This document shows positions 1 to 8,995 of a stretch of 42,068 bases of DNA, in pieces. Source of the stretch: a virus (Duplodnaviria > Heunggongvirae > Uroviricota > Caudoviricetes); the IMG/VR virus record IMGVR_UViG_2585427763_000002, one strand, 5' to 3'. Position 1 is the stretch's first letter, and each line of letters starts with the position of its first letter. The position numbers and the translations under genes are program-made. The notes beneath the pieces were generated by a model. That model was not told where the DNA came from. It did not search any database and saw nothing but the letters and a program-made list of their open reading frames with translations.

Positions 1-1284
1 CTACTTCTTCGCCTCTGCAACCACTTTGCTACCCACGCCGCGGTTATTGTATTCCCACATGCGGTTGTAGTTAGTGTCATTCAGATTGCGCTGTACTTCG
101 TCGTTATCATCAACGCTGCCGGTGTTACCCGCAAACGGACGATTAGAGATCACCGCATCAGCCCACGGTTTGGCTGTGTTAAAACCTTCGTTGATGGCGC
201 TATCACGGATCACTACCTGACCGTTGGTATTGGCATCAACATCCAGCGAGCGGCCCAGTTGCGCCACGCCATCACCGGAAGCATTGAAACGGCTGTTTAC
301 GGCGAGGAAACCGTAGTAAATGTTGGACAGCGTAGCCGGTGCAAACACATACGCTTCTTGCTGGGTACGGGAGTTCACCACGCGGAATTCGGTGTTATCG
401 AACACCACTGCGCCGCGACCAGAAACGATATCCACATCCCCTTCAATATAGCTGTTGGTCACCAGCGTACGCGGCTGGCGATTCGTTTCCAGACGGTTCT
501 GCACACCGCTGTTGGTGACAAAGAAGGTGTTCTGACGACCGAGAATGTTGACGTTATTGATCTGCACTTTGTCGCCATCAGTACGCAGTGCCACCGCCGG
601 ATGGTTACCCGCATCTACGCTATCGCCCAGCGTGTTTTCGATGGTCAGGTTTTGCAGTTGCAGGCCATTGTTTTGTGACCAGAAGACCGCAGAGCAGAGA
701 ACACCGATACTGTCGCTGCGTTTACTCTGGCAGCTATCGTACATATACCACGCCGGTTTACCTGGCATATATTTGCCGCGCGGGTTGACGTCGTGACGCC
801 AGTCGGCAGGGCTCATGCCACCATCAAGGGAAAGCCCAATCTTCACATCAATCGGTTTTTCACCTGTACCGTACAGAGTAATTCCACCCGGAGCGGCAGG
901 GACATACACCGTTCCCTGATACTCACCAGGCATCACGGCAATATACTGGCGCTTGTTGGTACGCTTGATAATTGCCGCATCTACCGCCGCCTGAATCGTG
1001 GTATGCGTTACACCTTGAGTACCCGCCGGGCCGACAACAAAGTCAGGTTGCGCAGGCAGGGTAATCGGGGAAGGATTCCACGCTGCCGCACCTGGTGTCA
1101 GGGATGCAAAATAGTGTTGAGCATCGAAATTCTGCGCTTCTTTTGCCGACAGAATCGGGCGCGAAGAGGTACCAGGCGCGGTTTGATCAGAAGGACGTTG
1201 ATCGGGCGGTGTTGAGCTACAGGCGGTCAGCGTCACGCCAAAAGCCAATGCCAGCGCCAGACGGGAAACTGAAAATGTGTTCAC
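1..1284 (-). CDS. ybhC: Outer-membrane lipoprotein YbhC (pectinesterase-fold acyl-CoA thioesterase family); host gene flanking attB-lambda
   Basis: 427-aa ORF with signal peptide and lipobox (LTAC); sequence recalled as E. coli YbhC; lies directly left of the lambda att core. Confidence 0.85.
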   Translation of the reverse strand: MNTFSVSRLALALAFGVTLTACSSTPPDQRPSDQTAPGTSSRPILSAKEAQNFDAQHYFASLTPGAAAWNPSPITLPAQPDFVVGPAGTQGVTHTTIQAAVDAAIIKRTNKRQYIAVMPGEYQGTVYVPAAPGGITLYGTGEKPIDVKIGLSLDGGMSPADWRHDVNPRGKYMPGKPAWYMYDSCQSKRSDSIGVLCSAVFWSQNNGLQLQNLTIENTLGDSVDAGNHPAVALRTDGDKVQINNVNILGRQNTFFVTNSGVQNRLETNRQPRTLVTNSYIEGDVDIVSGRGAVVFDNTEFRVVNSRTQQEAYVFAPATLSNIYYGFLAVNSRFNASGDGVAQLGRSLDVDANTNGQVVIRDSAINEGFNTAKPWADAVISNRPFAGNTGSVDDNDEVQRNLNDTNYNRMWEYNNRGVGSKVVAEAKK

Positions 1285-1330
1285 AGGTTGCTCCGGGCTA
1301 TGAAATAGAAAAATGAATCCGTTGAAGCCT

Positions 1331-1345
1331 GCTTTTTTATACTAA
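1331..1345. other. attL: attL common core (O) of lambda site-specific recombination, junction B-O-P'
   Basis: GCTTTTTTATACTAA followed by GTTGGCATTATAAAAAAGCATTGCTTATCAATTTGTTGCAACGAACAGGTCACTATCAGTCAAAATAAAATCATTATTTGATTTC, i.e. the lambda P' arm; same 15-mer repeats at 40248. Confidence 0.92.
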
Positions 1346-1418
1346 GTTGGCATTATAAAAAAGCATTGCTTATCAATTTGTTGCAACGAACAGGTCACTA
1401 TCAGTCAAAATAAAATCA

Positions 1419-2489
1419 TTATTTGATTTCAATTTTGTCCCACTCCCTGCCTCTGTCATCACGATACTGTGATGCCATGGTGTCCGACTTATGCCCGAGA
1501 AGATGTTGAGCAAACTTATCGCTTATCTGCTTCTCATAGAGTCTTGCAGACAAACTGCGCAACTCGTGAAAGGTAGGCGGATCCCCTTCGAAGGAAAGAC
1601 CTGATGCTTTTCGTGCGCGCATAAAATACCTTGATACTGTGCCGGATGAAAGCGGTTCACGACGAGTAGATGCAATTATGGTTTCTCCGCCAAGAATCTC
1701 TTTGCATTTATCAAGAGTTTCCTTCATTGATATCCCGAGAGCATCAACATGCAATGTTGTAGGGATGGCAATTTTTACACCTGTTTTGCTTTGCTCGACA
1801 TAAAGATATCCATCTACGATATCAGACCACTTCATTTCGCATAAATCACCAACTCGCTGCCCGGTAACAACAGCCAGTTCCATTGCAAGTCTGAGCCAAC
1901 ATGGTGATGATTCTGCTGCTTGATAAATTTTCAGGTATTCGTCAGCCGTAAGTCTTGATCTCCTTACCTCTGATTTTGCAGCGCGAGTGGCAGCGACCGG
2001 GTTTATTGTTATATGGCCTTCAGCTATTGCCTCTCGGAATGCATCGCTCAGTGTTGATCTGATTAACTTGGCTGACGCCGCCTTGCCCTCGTCTATGTAT
2101 CCATTGAGCATTGCCGCAATTTCTTTTGTGGTGATGTCTTCAAGTGGAACATCAGGTAGCCCCCTCCTTATTGCTTTAATTTTGCTCATGTAATTTATGA
2201 GTGTCTTCTGCTTGATTCCTCTGCTGGCGAGGATTTTTTCGTAGCGATCAAGCCATGAATGTAACGTAACAGAATTATCACTGTTGATTCTCGCTGTCAG
2301 AGGCTTGTGTTTGTGTCCTGAAAATAACTCAATGTTGGCCTGTATAGCTTCAGTGATTGCGATTCGCCTGTCTCGGCCTAATCCAAACTCTTTACCCGTC
2401 CTTGGGTCCCTGTAGCAGTAATATCCATTGTTTCTTATATAAAGGTTAGGGGGTAAATCCCGGCGCTCATGACTTCGCCTTCTTCCCAT
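1419..2489 (-). CDS. int: Tyrosine integrase, lambda Int type
   Basis: 356 aa, MGRRRSHERRDLPPNLYIRNNGYYCYRDPRTGKEF... recalled as near-identical to lambda Int; adjacent to P' arm. Confidence 0.95.
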   Translation of the reverse strand: MGRRRSHERRDLPPNLYIRNNGYYCYRDPRTGKEFGLGRDRRIAITEAIQANIELFSGHKHKPLTARINSDNSVTLHSWLDRYEKILASRGIKQKTLINYMSKIKAIRRGLPDVPLEDITTKEIAAMLNGYIDEGKAASAKLIRSTLSDAFREAIAEGHITINPVAATRAAKSEVRRSRLTADEYLKIYQAAESSPCWLRLAMELAVVTGQRVGDLCEMKWSDIVDGYLYVEQSKTGVKIAIPTTLHVDALGISMKETLDKCKEILGGETIIASTRREPLSSGTVSRYFMRARKASGLSFEGDPPTFHELRSLSARLYEKQISDKFAQHLLGHKSDTMASQYRDDRGREWDKIEIK

Positions 2490-2685
2490 TTCTGATCCTC
2501 TTCAAAAGGCTACCTGTTACTGGTCGATTTAAGTCAACCTTTACCGCTGATTCGTGGAACAGATACTCTCTTCCATCCTTAACCGGAGGAGGGAATATCC
2601 TGCATTCGCGCACCCATCGACGAACTGTTTCAAGGCTTCTTGGGCGTCGCTGGCGTGCGTTCCACTCCTGAAGTGTCAAGTACAT
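2467..2685 (-). CDS. xis: Excisionase, lambda Xis type
   Basis: 72 aa, MYLTLQEWNARQRRPRSLETVRRWVRECRIFPPP...; overlaps int start as in lambda. Confidence 0.9.
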   Translation of the reverse strand: MYLTLQEWNARQRRPRSLETVRRWVRECRIFPPPVKDGREYLFHESAVKVDLNRPVTGSLLKRIRNGKKAKS

Positions 2686-2790
2686 CGCAAAGTCTCCGCA
2701 ATTACACGCAAGAAAAGCCGCATTGATGCGGCAATGGTAGGTCTGGATATCTTGAGAAATGAACGGGCCTCATCGAGTGTGAGGCTGTGG

Positions 2791-3135
2791 TTAGTCCTTG
2801 CGTAACTCGCTAATTCTTCTGTAAGTCTCTGGTGCTTTGTTTCCGTGTATCTTCATTTCAGACTTCAACAGAGCAACGAGGGAATCCCATTCGGTGAGGA
2901 TGCCTTTGAATGCAGGAACGCGCTTTGCAACCTTGTCGAATGAATCTCTGATTTCTGGGATCTGCTCAACCAGTGCAACGCATCGTCGGAAATCGGCTGC
3001 GTCATGTGGAGCGCCGAAGTGATGACCATAGATATTCTTTTTCAGTCCACATGCGATTGAGGCAAGAGTTGCGCTACTGATGCCGACATCGCCAGTCGAT
3101 TGCCATTTCAAAACCTTCATAGCCAAATCTGACAT
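2791..3135 (-). CDS. Hypothetical early-left protein
   Basis: 114-aa ORF with GGAGA RBS; position equivalent to lambda ea genes; no family recognised. Confidence 0.55.
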   Translation of the reverse strand: MSDLAMKVLKWQSTGDVGISSATLASIACGLKKNIYGHHFGAPHDAADFRRCVALVEQIPEIRDSFDKVAKRVPAFKGILTEWDSLVALLKSEMKIHGNKAPETYRRISELRKD

Positions 3136-3235
3136 TTCTTGTCTCCATAAAACAAAACTCGCCGTAGCGAGTTCAGATAAAAGAAATACCCGCGAATGCG
3201 AGGATTGTTATTCACCTTTGACGGCAAGTTGCAGG

Positions 3236-3991
3236 TTAGCCATGGTTAACCTCCTGCGGCGGTTCTGGTAGCGGCATCCAGTGTGATGGAATCCACGACG
3301 CACCAGGAATTATCCAACCATCATTAGCGTCAGGATGTCCCGGTATGTAAGTCGCCCACTTCATTCGCCAGTCACCTTTCCCGTCAAACTCCCTGGCAAC
3401 AAGAACAGCTGTTTTGCTATCCGGCATTCGCTCACTACAGCTTATCCAACCATCCGGAGTTACCGGATAGTTGCCAGCCAGTCTACGCAACACAGCCTTA
3501 ACGGCCTCAATACGGTCATCATCAACTTTTTCTACAATATTGGAATTTAAATACTTCGAAGCCTTGCTATGCCAATCGCTGGTTTTAGGGTCTTGTCCAT
3601 CCATCAAACGCCAAGCTTCAGCGATTAACTCATAGCCAGTAACAGTGGCTTCCTGCGCATCACCAATCAGTTGTGTGATCTCTCTTTCAAGCATGCTTAG
3701 AGCGTTAGGCATTGGTTTTTCTTCCGGTACTACTGGAACGGGTGGAGCGGCGTAGACCTCAATAATTCCATTATCAATAGGCCATTCTCCATCCTTGAGG
3801 TAGTCACTTGTGCCGTCAACTTGCTGTTCTGCAATGTGGAATGCACCTATTGGTTTTGCTTCCAGCGATGCCAGAGCAATCCGTGCCAGTTCTTCCGCTT
3901 CTTCTGCTGGCAGTACAACGTTGCTACCCGGTCCGTATGTTTCGCGCCACTGCTTGATTGTCAGCAGTCGCCCTTTGGTAATAGTGATCAT
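3236..3991 (-). CDS. DUF551-domain phage protein
   Basis: 251 aa; C-terminal ...SCSERMPDS...SHWMPLPEPP typical of DUF551 proteins of lambdoid early regions; start ATGA-overlaps upstream stop. Confidence 0.65.
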   Translation of the reverse strand: MITITKGRLLTIKQWRETYGPGSNVVLPAEEAEELARIALASLEAKPIGAFHIAEQQVDGTSDYLKDGEWPIDNGIIEVYAAPPVPVVPEEKPMPNALSMLEREITQLIGDAQEATVTGYELIAEAWRLMDGQDPKTSDWHSKASKYLNSNIVEKVDDDRIEAVKAVLRRLAGNYPVTPDGWISCSERMPDSKTAVLVAREFDGKGDWRMKWATYIPGHPDANDGWIIPGASWIPSHWMPLPEPPQEVNHG

Positions 3992-4503
3992 GCCGCGTTT
4001 CCTTCTTTCTTATTAACAATCACACCGTCATATATTTCATTAAGGTGCCCTCTCAACTCCATGCGCCTTAATGCAGATAACATGTAATCGCATTCAACCT
4101 GCTTATTCCCAGTAAATGGCTTATCGTCAGGATTACCCCAACAGCAATTACCCCTGGGCCATCCATGTACTTTCCGTACTCTTCCGTTAACAACGTGAAG
4201 TAATCCCCAGCCGGGAGGTAAATCCTCAACTGAAATAATTTCCGGCTCACTAATAAAGAATCGCCAGTCGCCCATGCCAAGTGAGGGATTTTTACGGAAA
4301 CGCTTTTTTCTATCTGCCAACAAGTCAGCACGAGAACACTTCGCCTCTATCAGGCATGATGCTGAATTTCTGAATCCCATAGCATCTGGCTGTTCTCCGG
4401 TACTGGTTACAGCAACAAAGCGGTCATGAAAGCAAACCTTGAACCCGTTGCGCTTAAGGAACTTGTACGCAATCTGACAGAGTTCGTGGTGTGTTAACGC
4501 CAT
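3988..4503 (-). CDS. PD-(D/E)xK nuclease-like protein (family not identified)
   Basis: 171 aa from ATG at 4503 (TGATATG coupling to upstream gene); motif EQPDAMGF...(16 aa)...IEAKCSRADL fits PD...(D/E)xK. Confidence 0.5.
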   Translation of the reverse strand: MALTHHELCQIAYKFLKRNGFKVCFHDRFVAVTSTGEQPDAMGFRNSASCLIEAKCSRADLLADRKKRFRKNPSLGMGDWRFFISEPEIISVEDLPPGWGLLHVVNGRVRKVHGWPRGNCCWGNPDDKPFTGNKQVECDYMLSALRRMELRGHLNEIYDGVIVNKKEGNAA

Positions 4504-4504
4504 A

Positions 4505-4990
4505 TCACTCTCCTTTGATGCGAATGCCTGTTGCAATGCTGTTTATGATGCTGTCAGTGCATGGGGTAGAAAGCTGGGCATCTCCAGCAATTTTCATGAC
4601 CTCAACATCTGCATATCGAATACCGAGGTGTATCAGACCGGCTATGCCTGACTTAAGCCGAGCATTTTCCATAAATAGAACTTTTGCCCGCTGTTTTTCT
4701 GCTTCAAGCTCAACGCGCAGCTTCCCTACCGTTAGCGCAATATCCTCGTTCTCCTGATCGCGGCTTTTGATGTATTGCAGGTTTCTTTCCCGTTCATCCA
4801 GCAGTGCCAGCACGGTTTCTGGTCCGGTCAGAAATTTGAAGGCGTTGAGCGCATCAATATCCACACCGTAATCTTTAAGTTCCTGTTCACTTAACAAATC
4901 ATCATCAGCTGGCAACATTAACAGGCGTTCCATTGCTGGAATTGCACGTTCCGCCACCTCACGCAATGCCTGATAGTTAATTTGGGTCAC
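4505..4990 (-). CDS. Hypothetical protein, possibly Ead/Ea22-like
   Basis: 161-aa ORF, GTG start overlapping upstream stop (GTGA); coiled-coil-rich; family assignment from memory only. Confidence 0.5.
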   Translation of the reverse strand: MTQINYQALREVAERAIPAMERLLMLPADDDLLSEQELKDYGVDIDALNAFKFLTGPETVLALLDERERNLQYIKSRDQENEDIALTVGKLRVELEAEKQRAKVLFMENARLKSGIAGLIHLGIRYADVEVMKIAGDAQLSTPCTDSIINSIATGIRIKGE

Positions 4991-5211
4991 TCTTCATCCT
5001 CCAAGTCGGCAACGGCGTCCATCACATCAGAACCGCGAATAACCTCAAAAGCACGGCAGGCCATTTGAAATACCAGTTGCTCTTGCGGATGCGGTGATTC
5101 CCAATATTTGAATCCAGGGCGATGCGCGTACCCCATCATTGAATAAAAATCACCAGCAAGCTTAATCGCGGCATCAACAAGCTCTCTGTTAGTCATTCTT
5201 TTTCCGCTCAC
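4987..5211 (-). CDS. Hypothetical small protein
   Basis: 74-aa ORF (GTG at 5211, alternative ATG at 5196); translationally coupled within leftward operon. Confidence 0.45.
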   Translation of the reverse strand: MSGKRMTNRELVDAAIKLAGDFYSMMGYAHRPGFKYWESPHPQEQLVFQMACRAFEVIRGSDVMDAVADLEDEE

Positions 5212-5765
5212 TGGTTGCCTCCTTTGCGAAGCTGGGCGGCGATATCTTTGAGAACGCCATCAGAGAATGAGCGGTCAAAATCTCCTTCCGGCGCATTAGC
5301 CATAAACTCAGTAGAGGTAAGGATCATCCGGGCAATATCCGCGGCGTTCTTCGCAGTATCATCAATAAAACCAGCTTTCCAGGCTGCCAACATTCTGTTC
5401 GCCACAAAATAAGCGCCTTCCTTGCGTGCTTCAGTCTTCCCTTCAGCCAGAAAAGCATCGGTGGCTGGGGTTTCAGTAACATCATCTTCCCATTCGCTAA
5501 ACTCCTCACGACAAAAGTCATTAAATTCCTTCTCAGATTGCTTAAGCGAGGTATTTTCTGCAGCCATCTTCGCGCATTTAGCCTCAAGGTTATCAATCGT
5601 GATTCCAGCAGAACGACACTCCCGCAACGCCGTTTCCAGTTTTGATTCAAGTTCACCGAACTTACGGACAAGATATTCAGCGTTTGTTTCGTTAACCTTT
5701 AAATCTCGTGGTAAGCATTTACCTTTCAGAAATCCATCCATCTCAATTAGTGACATTTGTTTCAT
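5208..5765 (-). CDS. Hypothetical protein, possibly Ead/Ea22-like
   Basis: 185 aa from ATG at 5765 (RBS GGAGTGGGAAG upstream; ATGA overlap with upstream stop); acidic, coiled-coil-rich. Confidence 0.5.
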   Translation of the reverse strand: MKQMSLIEMDGFLKGKCLPRDLKVNETNAEYLVRKFGELESKLETALRECRSAGITIDNLEAKCAKMAAENTSLKQSEKEFNDFCREEFSEWEDDVTETPATDAFLAEGKTEARKEGAYFVANRMLAAWKAGFIDDTAKNAADIARMILTSTEFMANAPEGDFDRSFSDGVLKDIAAQLRKGGNQ

Positions 5766-5944
5766 TTCTTCCCACTCCGCCACATCGCATTCAGATATTT
5801 GTTTTGATTTACTGAAGGAAAAGAATTTCTCTTAAGCAATTCCTCTCTCGATGGCATTGGCTTTACGCGTTGGCGAATAATCATTTCTGCCGGAAGAATG
5901 CCGGGATTGTATGCAAGTCCTCTCATGGTAAATTCCTCAGTCAT
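5762..5944 (-). CDS. Hypothetical small protein
   Basis: 60-aa ORF whose ATG overlaps stop of 5937-6233 gene. Confidence 0.35.
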   Translation of the reverse strand: MTEEFTMRGLAYNPGILPAEMIIRQRVKPMPSREELLKRNSFPSVNQNKYLNAMWRSGKK

Positions 5945-6233
5945 TACTGATAGCGCCATAGCGTGAGCGGTAATTACGCAGGCGCGGGTCGATATATTCA
6001 GGGAAGTGGGTATATGTGGCTTTGCGGAATGGTCGGATTGATGTCTGGTAAATTCGCTCGCGTTCTTCTTTCTCTGCAAGCCATATACAGTGGCGAAATT
6101 CCTTTTCCTCTTTCGTTTCCTGCGGTAGAGACATTATTCGATCGTAGTTTTTTCTGAATTTATCCAGCACCTCCGATACGGAATTGCCGGAACAGCGGCG
6201 CGGGTCATCCGCACCATACAGAGGCGCTGGCAT
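5937..6233 (-). CDS. Hypothetical protein
   Basis: 98-aa ORF with GGAGA RBS (CAGGAGAAAATCATG on minus strand). Confidence 0.5.
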   Translation of the reverse strand: MPAPLYGADDPRRCSGNSVSEVLDKFRKNYDRIMSLPQETKEEKEFRHCIWLAEKEERERIYQTSIRPFRKATYTHFPEYIDPRLRNYRSRYGAISND

Positions 6234-6246
6234 GATTTTCTCCTGA

Positions 6247-6753
6247 TTAAATTGCGTGAATAGCGTGACGAGGGAAGGGGAGAGTTACTGGTGCAAAGGG
6301 TATATCGTCGTCAAAATCCATCGGAGGTTCGTTGTGTTGTGCTGGTGATGATTGCTGCTGTGGCTTCTGTGATTGCCTGCTGGCTGCTTGTTGTTTGCTG
6401 TCGCCAATGCCGCCAAGCATTTGCATCACGCCATTAATTCCGACATGAACCTCGGTTGTGTAACGGTCTTGCCCTGACTGGTCTTTCCACTTTCTGGTTC
6501 TCAGCATTCCCTCGAAATAAATCTGATCACCTTTTTTCACATACTGCCCCACGACCTCAGCCAGTTTCCCGGATACAGCAACACGATGCCATTCAGTCAA
6601 TTCCTTTTGCTCGCCAGTATTTTTATCTCGCCATTGTTCTGAAGTGGCTATTGTCAGGTTAGCGAACGCTGTACCTGATGGTGAGTATCGAACTTCCGGG
6701 TCTTGTCCTACCCGACCAAGGATAATCACCTTATTTACGCCTCTGCTTGCCAT
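6247..6753 (-). CDS. ssb: Single-stranded DNA-binding protein (SSB)
   Basis: 168 aa; N-terminal OB-fold [44 protein letters not shown]..., Gln/Pro-rich linker and acidic C-terminal tail DFDDDIPF. Confidence 0.9.
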   Translation of the reverse strand: MASRGVNKVIILGRVGQDPEVRYSPSGTAFANLTIATSEQWRDKNTGEQKELTEWHRVAVSGKLAEVVGQYVKKGDQIYFEGMLRTRKWKDQSGQDRYTTEVHVGINGVMQMLGGIGDSKQQAASRQSQKPQQQSSPAQHNEPPMDFDDDIPFAPVTLPFPRHAIHAI

Positions 6754-7461
6754 TTATGCCGCCTGTTTTAGTTCGTTAACTCTGATGTTCATTACCTGAA
6801 CGCATTTAGCCTGCGCCTCCTCGTTGCCAGCCATTAATTGCCAGTCACGCTGATAACGCTCGATGAGTTTTTTCTTGTCAGTTTCTGTTGACGCATAATC
6901 GCTGAAGTCTTTCAGGATTTGTTCGCAGTCAACCGATGGAGATTTCTGGTTGGTATTTTCTGGTGATGGTTTGTTATCTGATGCTGGGATTGCCCATCCC
7001 GGCAGCGATGGAGGGAGCCAGTAAAATCCTGTTCCATCCTTCAGTTTTGCCCTGTGCCACCCATGCTTTTTATCGAGAGATGTTTGTGCGAAACCTTCCT
7101 CAAGGTTATACAGATACCGACCGATTCCCCACTGAACGGCAGCACGCTTCATTGCACCTGAACGACCACCTTTGACAGCTTCTACCTGCGTGTTTTCAGC
7201 AGCATCCCATTTGGTTACCCATTCGGAATCAATCTTTATTGATATGCCGCATTCAACGCCGCCGTTGTTGGGAATATCGCGGTATTCATTGCGCCATCCT
7301 GCTTTGCCACAAACATCGTCAAGGCGTTTCATGATTGCCCGGTTCGTGACATAAGCCAGCACCATAGCCCACACCTTGCCATCGCGTGTTTTACCGCTTT
7401 GCTGTATTCGCCATTCGATATCTTCAGGGCAGAATGGCTCATCGAATTTGTTCAAATCCAT
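6754..7461 (-). CDS. Rad52/Sak-family single-strand annealing recombinase
   Basis: 235 aa; stop abuts ssb start; motifs recalled from phage Rad52/22 family (GKVWAMVLAYVTNRAIMKRLDDVCG). Confidence 0.7.
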   Translation of the reverse strand: MDLNKFDEPFCPEDIEWRIQQSGKTRDGKVWAMVLAYVTNRAIMKRLDDVCGKAGWRNEYRDIPNNGGVECGISIKIDSEWVTKWDAAENTQVEAVKGGRSGAMKRAAVQWGIGRYLYNLEEGFAQTSLDKKHGWHRAKLKDGTGFYWLPPSLPGWAIPASDNKPSPENTNQKSPSVDCEQILKDFSDYASTETDKKKLIERYQRDWQLMAGNEEAQAKCVQVMNIRVNELKQAA

Positions 7462-7560
7462 AATTCACCTCAGAATGGACATGGCCCAAGGAAATAACGC
7501 TGGTTTAATACTTCGACTCTGGACAAATTAAGGCATACCCGCATTCCTTCGCGGTCGCCA

Positions 7561-7719
7561 TTATGGCGATACCAGAGAGCTTTCTGCGTGTACATGCGTC
7601 TCTGTAACTTGCTCTCCTTCACTGTGGTTGCAAGTGACATGAATATCTCCTTCGTTACCGATTAATTCTTTCATCTGACGAATGAATTCTTCGTCTGACC
7701 AGTTATCTGTAAAACTCAT
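7561..7719 (-). CDS. Small protein in the kil position
   Basis: 52-aa ORF from ATG at 7719, ATGA-coupled to cIII stop; identity with Kil not verifiable. Confidence 0.35.
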   Translation of the reverse strand: MSFTDNWSDEEFIRQMKELIGNEGDIHVTCNHSEGEQVTETHVHAESSLVSP

Positions 7720-7886
7720 GGGCGGCCTTGTTGTTTCAAAATATCCCAAAGCTTTTCGAGCAAACTTTTCATTCTTGGTTGTTTAAAGTCTGCTCCGGTT
7801 AAAATATTTTTTCGTGAATGCTGTACCGATAAAATCGGGTTGAAAGGGCGAACCGATGCCGCCCCTGCAATAGCGAACTGTTGCAT
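7716..7886 (-). CDS. cIII: CIII-like protease inhibitor
   Basis: 56 aa, MQQFAIAGAASVRPFNPILSVQ...LLEKLWDILKQ resembles lambda CIII (MQYAIAG...) and sits two genes left of N. Confidence 0.65.
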   Translation of the reverse strand: MQQFAIAGAASVRPFNPILSVQHSRKNILTGADFKQPRMKSLLEKLWDILKQQGRP

Positions 7887-8105
7887 AGGATGCTCCTTCT
7901 GTTTGATTGCATAACGAAAACGCCTCGAGTGAAGCGTTATTGGTATGCATATAAAAAGGCCCTCACACTGGAGGGCAAAGAAGATTTCCAATAATCAGAA
8001 CAAGTCGGCTCCTGTTTAGTTACGAGCGACATTGCTCCGTGTATTCACTCGTTGGAATGAATACACAGTGCTTATTCGTCATGCATTTCAGGTATTTCTT
8101 CGTAT

Positions 8106-8261
8106 TCAACACCCCACATGTTTGTTACCCAGGATAGTTTTTTCGTACCGTTGACAAGATTCAGACCACATAAACTGACTTCCATGCGGGCGAGTTTCGA
8201 TATCTGTTATCTCTCCCGGCCGAACAAAACTGGTATTCGACTTCGTTATTTTTACTTTCAT
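8106..8261 (-). CDS. Small hypothetical ORF
   Basis: 51-aa ORF (MKVKITKSNTSFVRPGEITD...) whose ATG overlaps stop of the 8261-8518 gene (TAATG); below ORF-track size cutoff. Confidence 0.3.
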   Translation of the reverse strand: MKVKITKSNTSFVRPGEITDIETRPHGSQFMWSESCQRYEKTILGNKHVGC

Positions 8262-8518
8262 TACTCATCCCCAAGAGCTTTGCTGATTGCTGACTGTGCT
8301 TTCGATACTTCATCAGGATAATGGTCATTCCAGCTTTGCTTGTATGCCTTGTTTAGCATCGCTTGCAGAGCTTCAAGCAAATCAGGAGCTGCCTCCATCA
8401 ATCTCAAATCACCACGATGTATGGTTGTATCGTCAAACGTGACATAAACACCATCATCGTTGAATCCAGTGCCAACAACACTCCACGGCCTTTTCATTCT
8501 TTCTACGGTCATATTCAC
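8261..8518 (-). CDS. Hypothetical protein
   Basis: 85-aa ORF with RBS GAGGTGA 5 nt upstream. Confidence 0.5.
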   Translation of the reverse strand: MNMTVERMKRPWSVVGTGFNDDGVYVTFDDTTIHRGDLRLMEAAPDLLEALQAMLNKAYKQSWNDHYPDEVSKAQSAISKALGDE

Positions 8519-8564
8519 CTCTGTTGTTTATGCCAAAAATAAAGGCCGACTATGCGGCCTGAAA

Positions 8565-8987
8565 TTAATTAACCAATGATGCTGCATATTCAATTAGGAA
8601 TAACTTAGGTGCAAGCCAAATCTTCAACCATTCGAAATTGAAGGCAATAATTAAAACGCCAATAATTGAGCCAAATATAGGAGCAAATACAGTGCATATA
8701 TCGTAATAAAACGAAGATATAAAATATCCATCATTTGGACATCCATCGAAAGACGTCCATCTCTCGCCATTATTTCTTGCCGTTCTTGCAAAACTAGGAA
8801 GTTTCATTGCTGCAATTAAAAGCAACAACCCAGTCACTTGGAAAAGTGCGCTATGGACAAAACTCCATATTAGCAACTGACGAACAACATCAGGAATCTG
8901 TGACTGGCTAAATGAAACAGCCGCATCTATTCCATTACTGGCTTTTTGCAGTAGTTCTACGAGAATCTTGTTCGCTTGTTCTTCCAT
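8565..8987 (-). CDS. Membrane protein in the sieB position (candidate superinfection-exclusion protein)
   Basis: 140 aa with several hydrophobic helices; located between N and cIII where lambda/P22 carry sieB; RBS GAGGTGA. Confidence 0.5.
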   Translation of the reverse strand: MEEQANKILVELLQKASNGIDAAVSFSQSQIPDVVRQLLIWSFVHSALFQVTGLLLLIAAMKLPSFARTARNNGERWTSFDGCPNDGYFISSFYYDICTVFAPIFGSIIGVLIIAFNFEWLKIWLAPKLFLIEYAASLVN

Positions 8988-8995
8988 ATATCACC

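Noticed and set aside
259-1316. Plus-strand ORFs (259-678, 545-796, 588-788, 793-1215, 1095-1316) overlapping ybhC
   Set aside because: Entirely antisense to a well-supported conserved host gene; no RBS support
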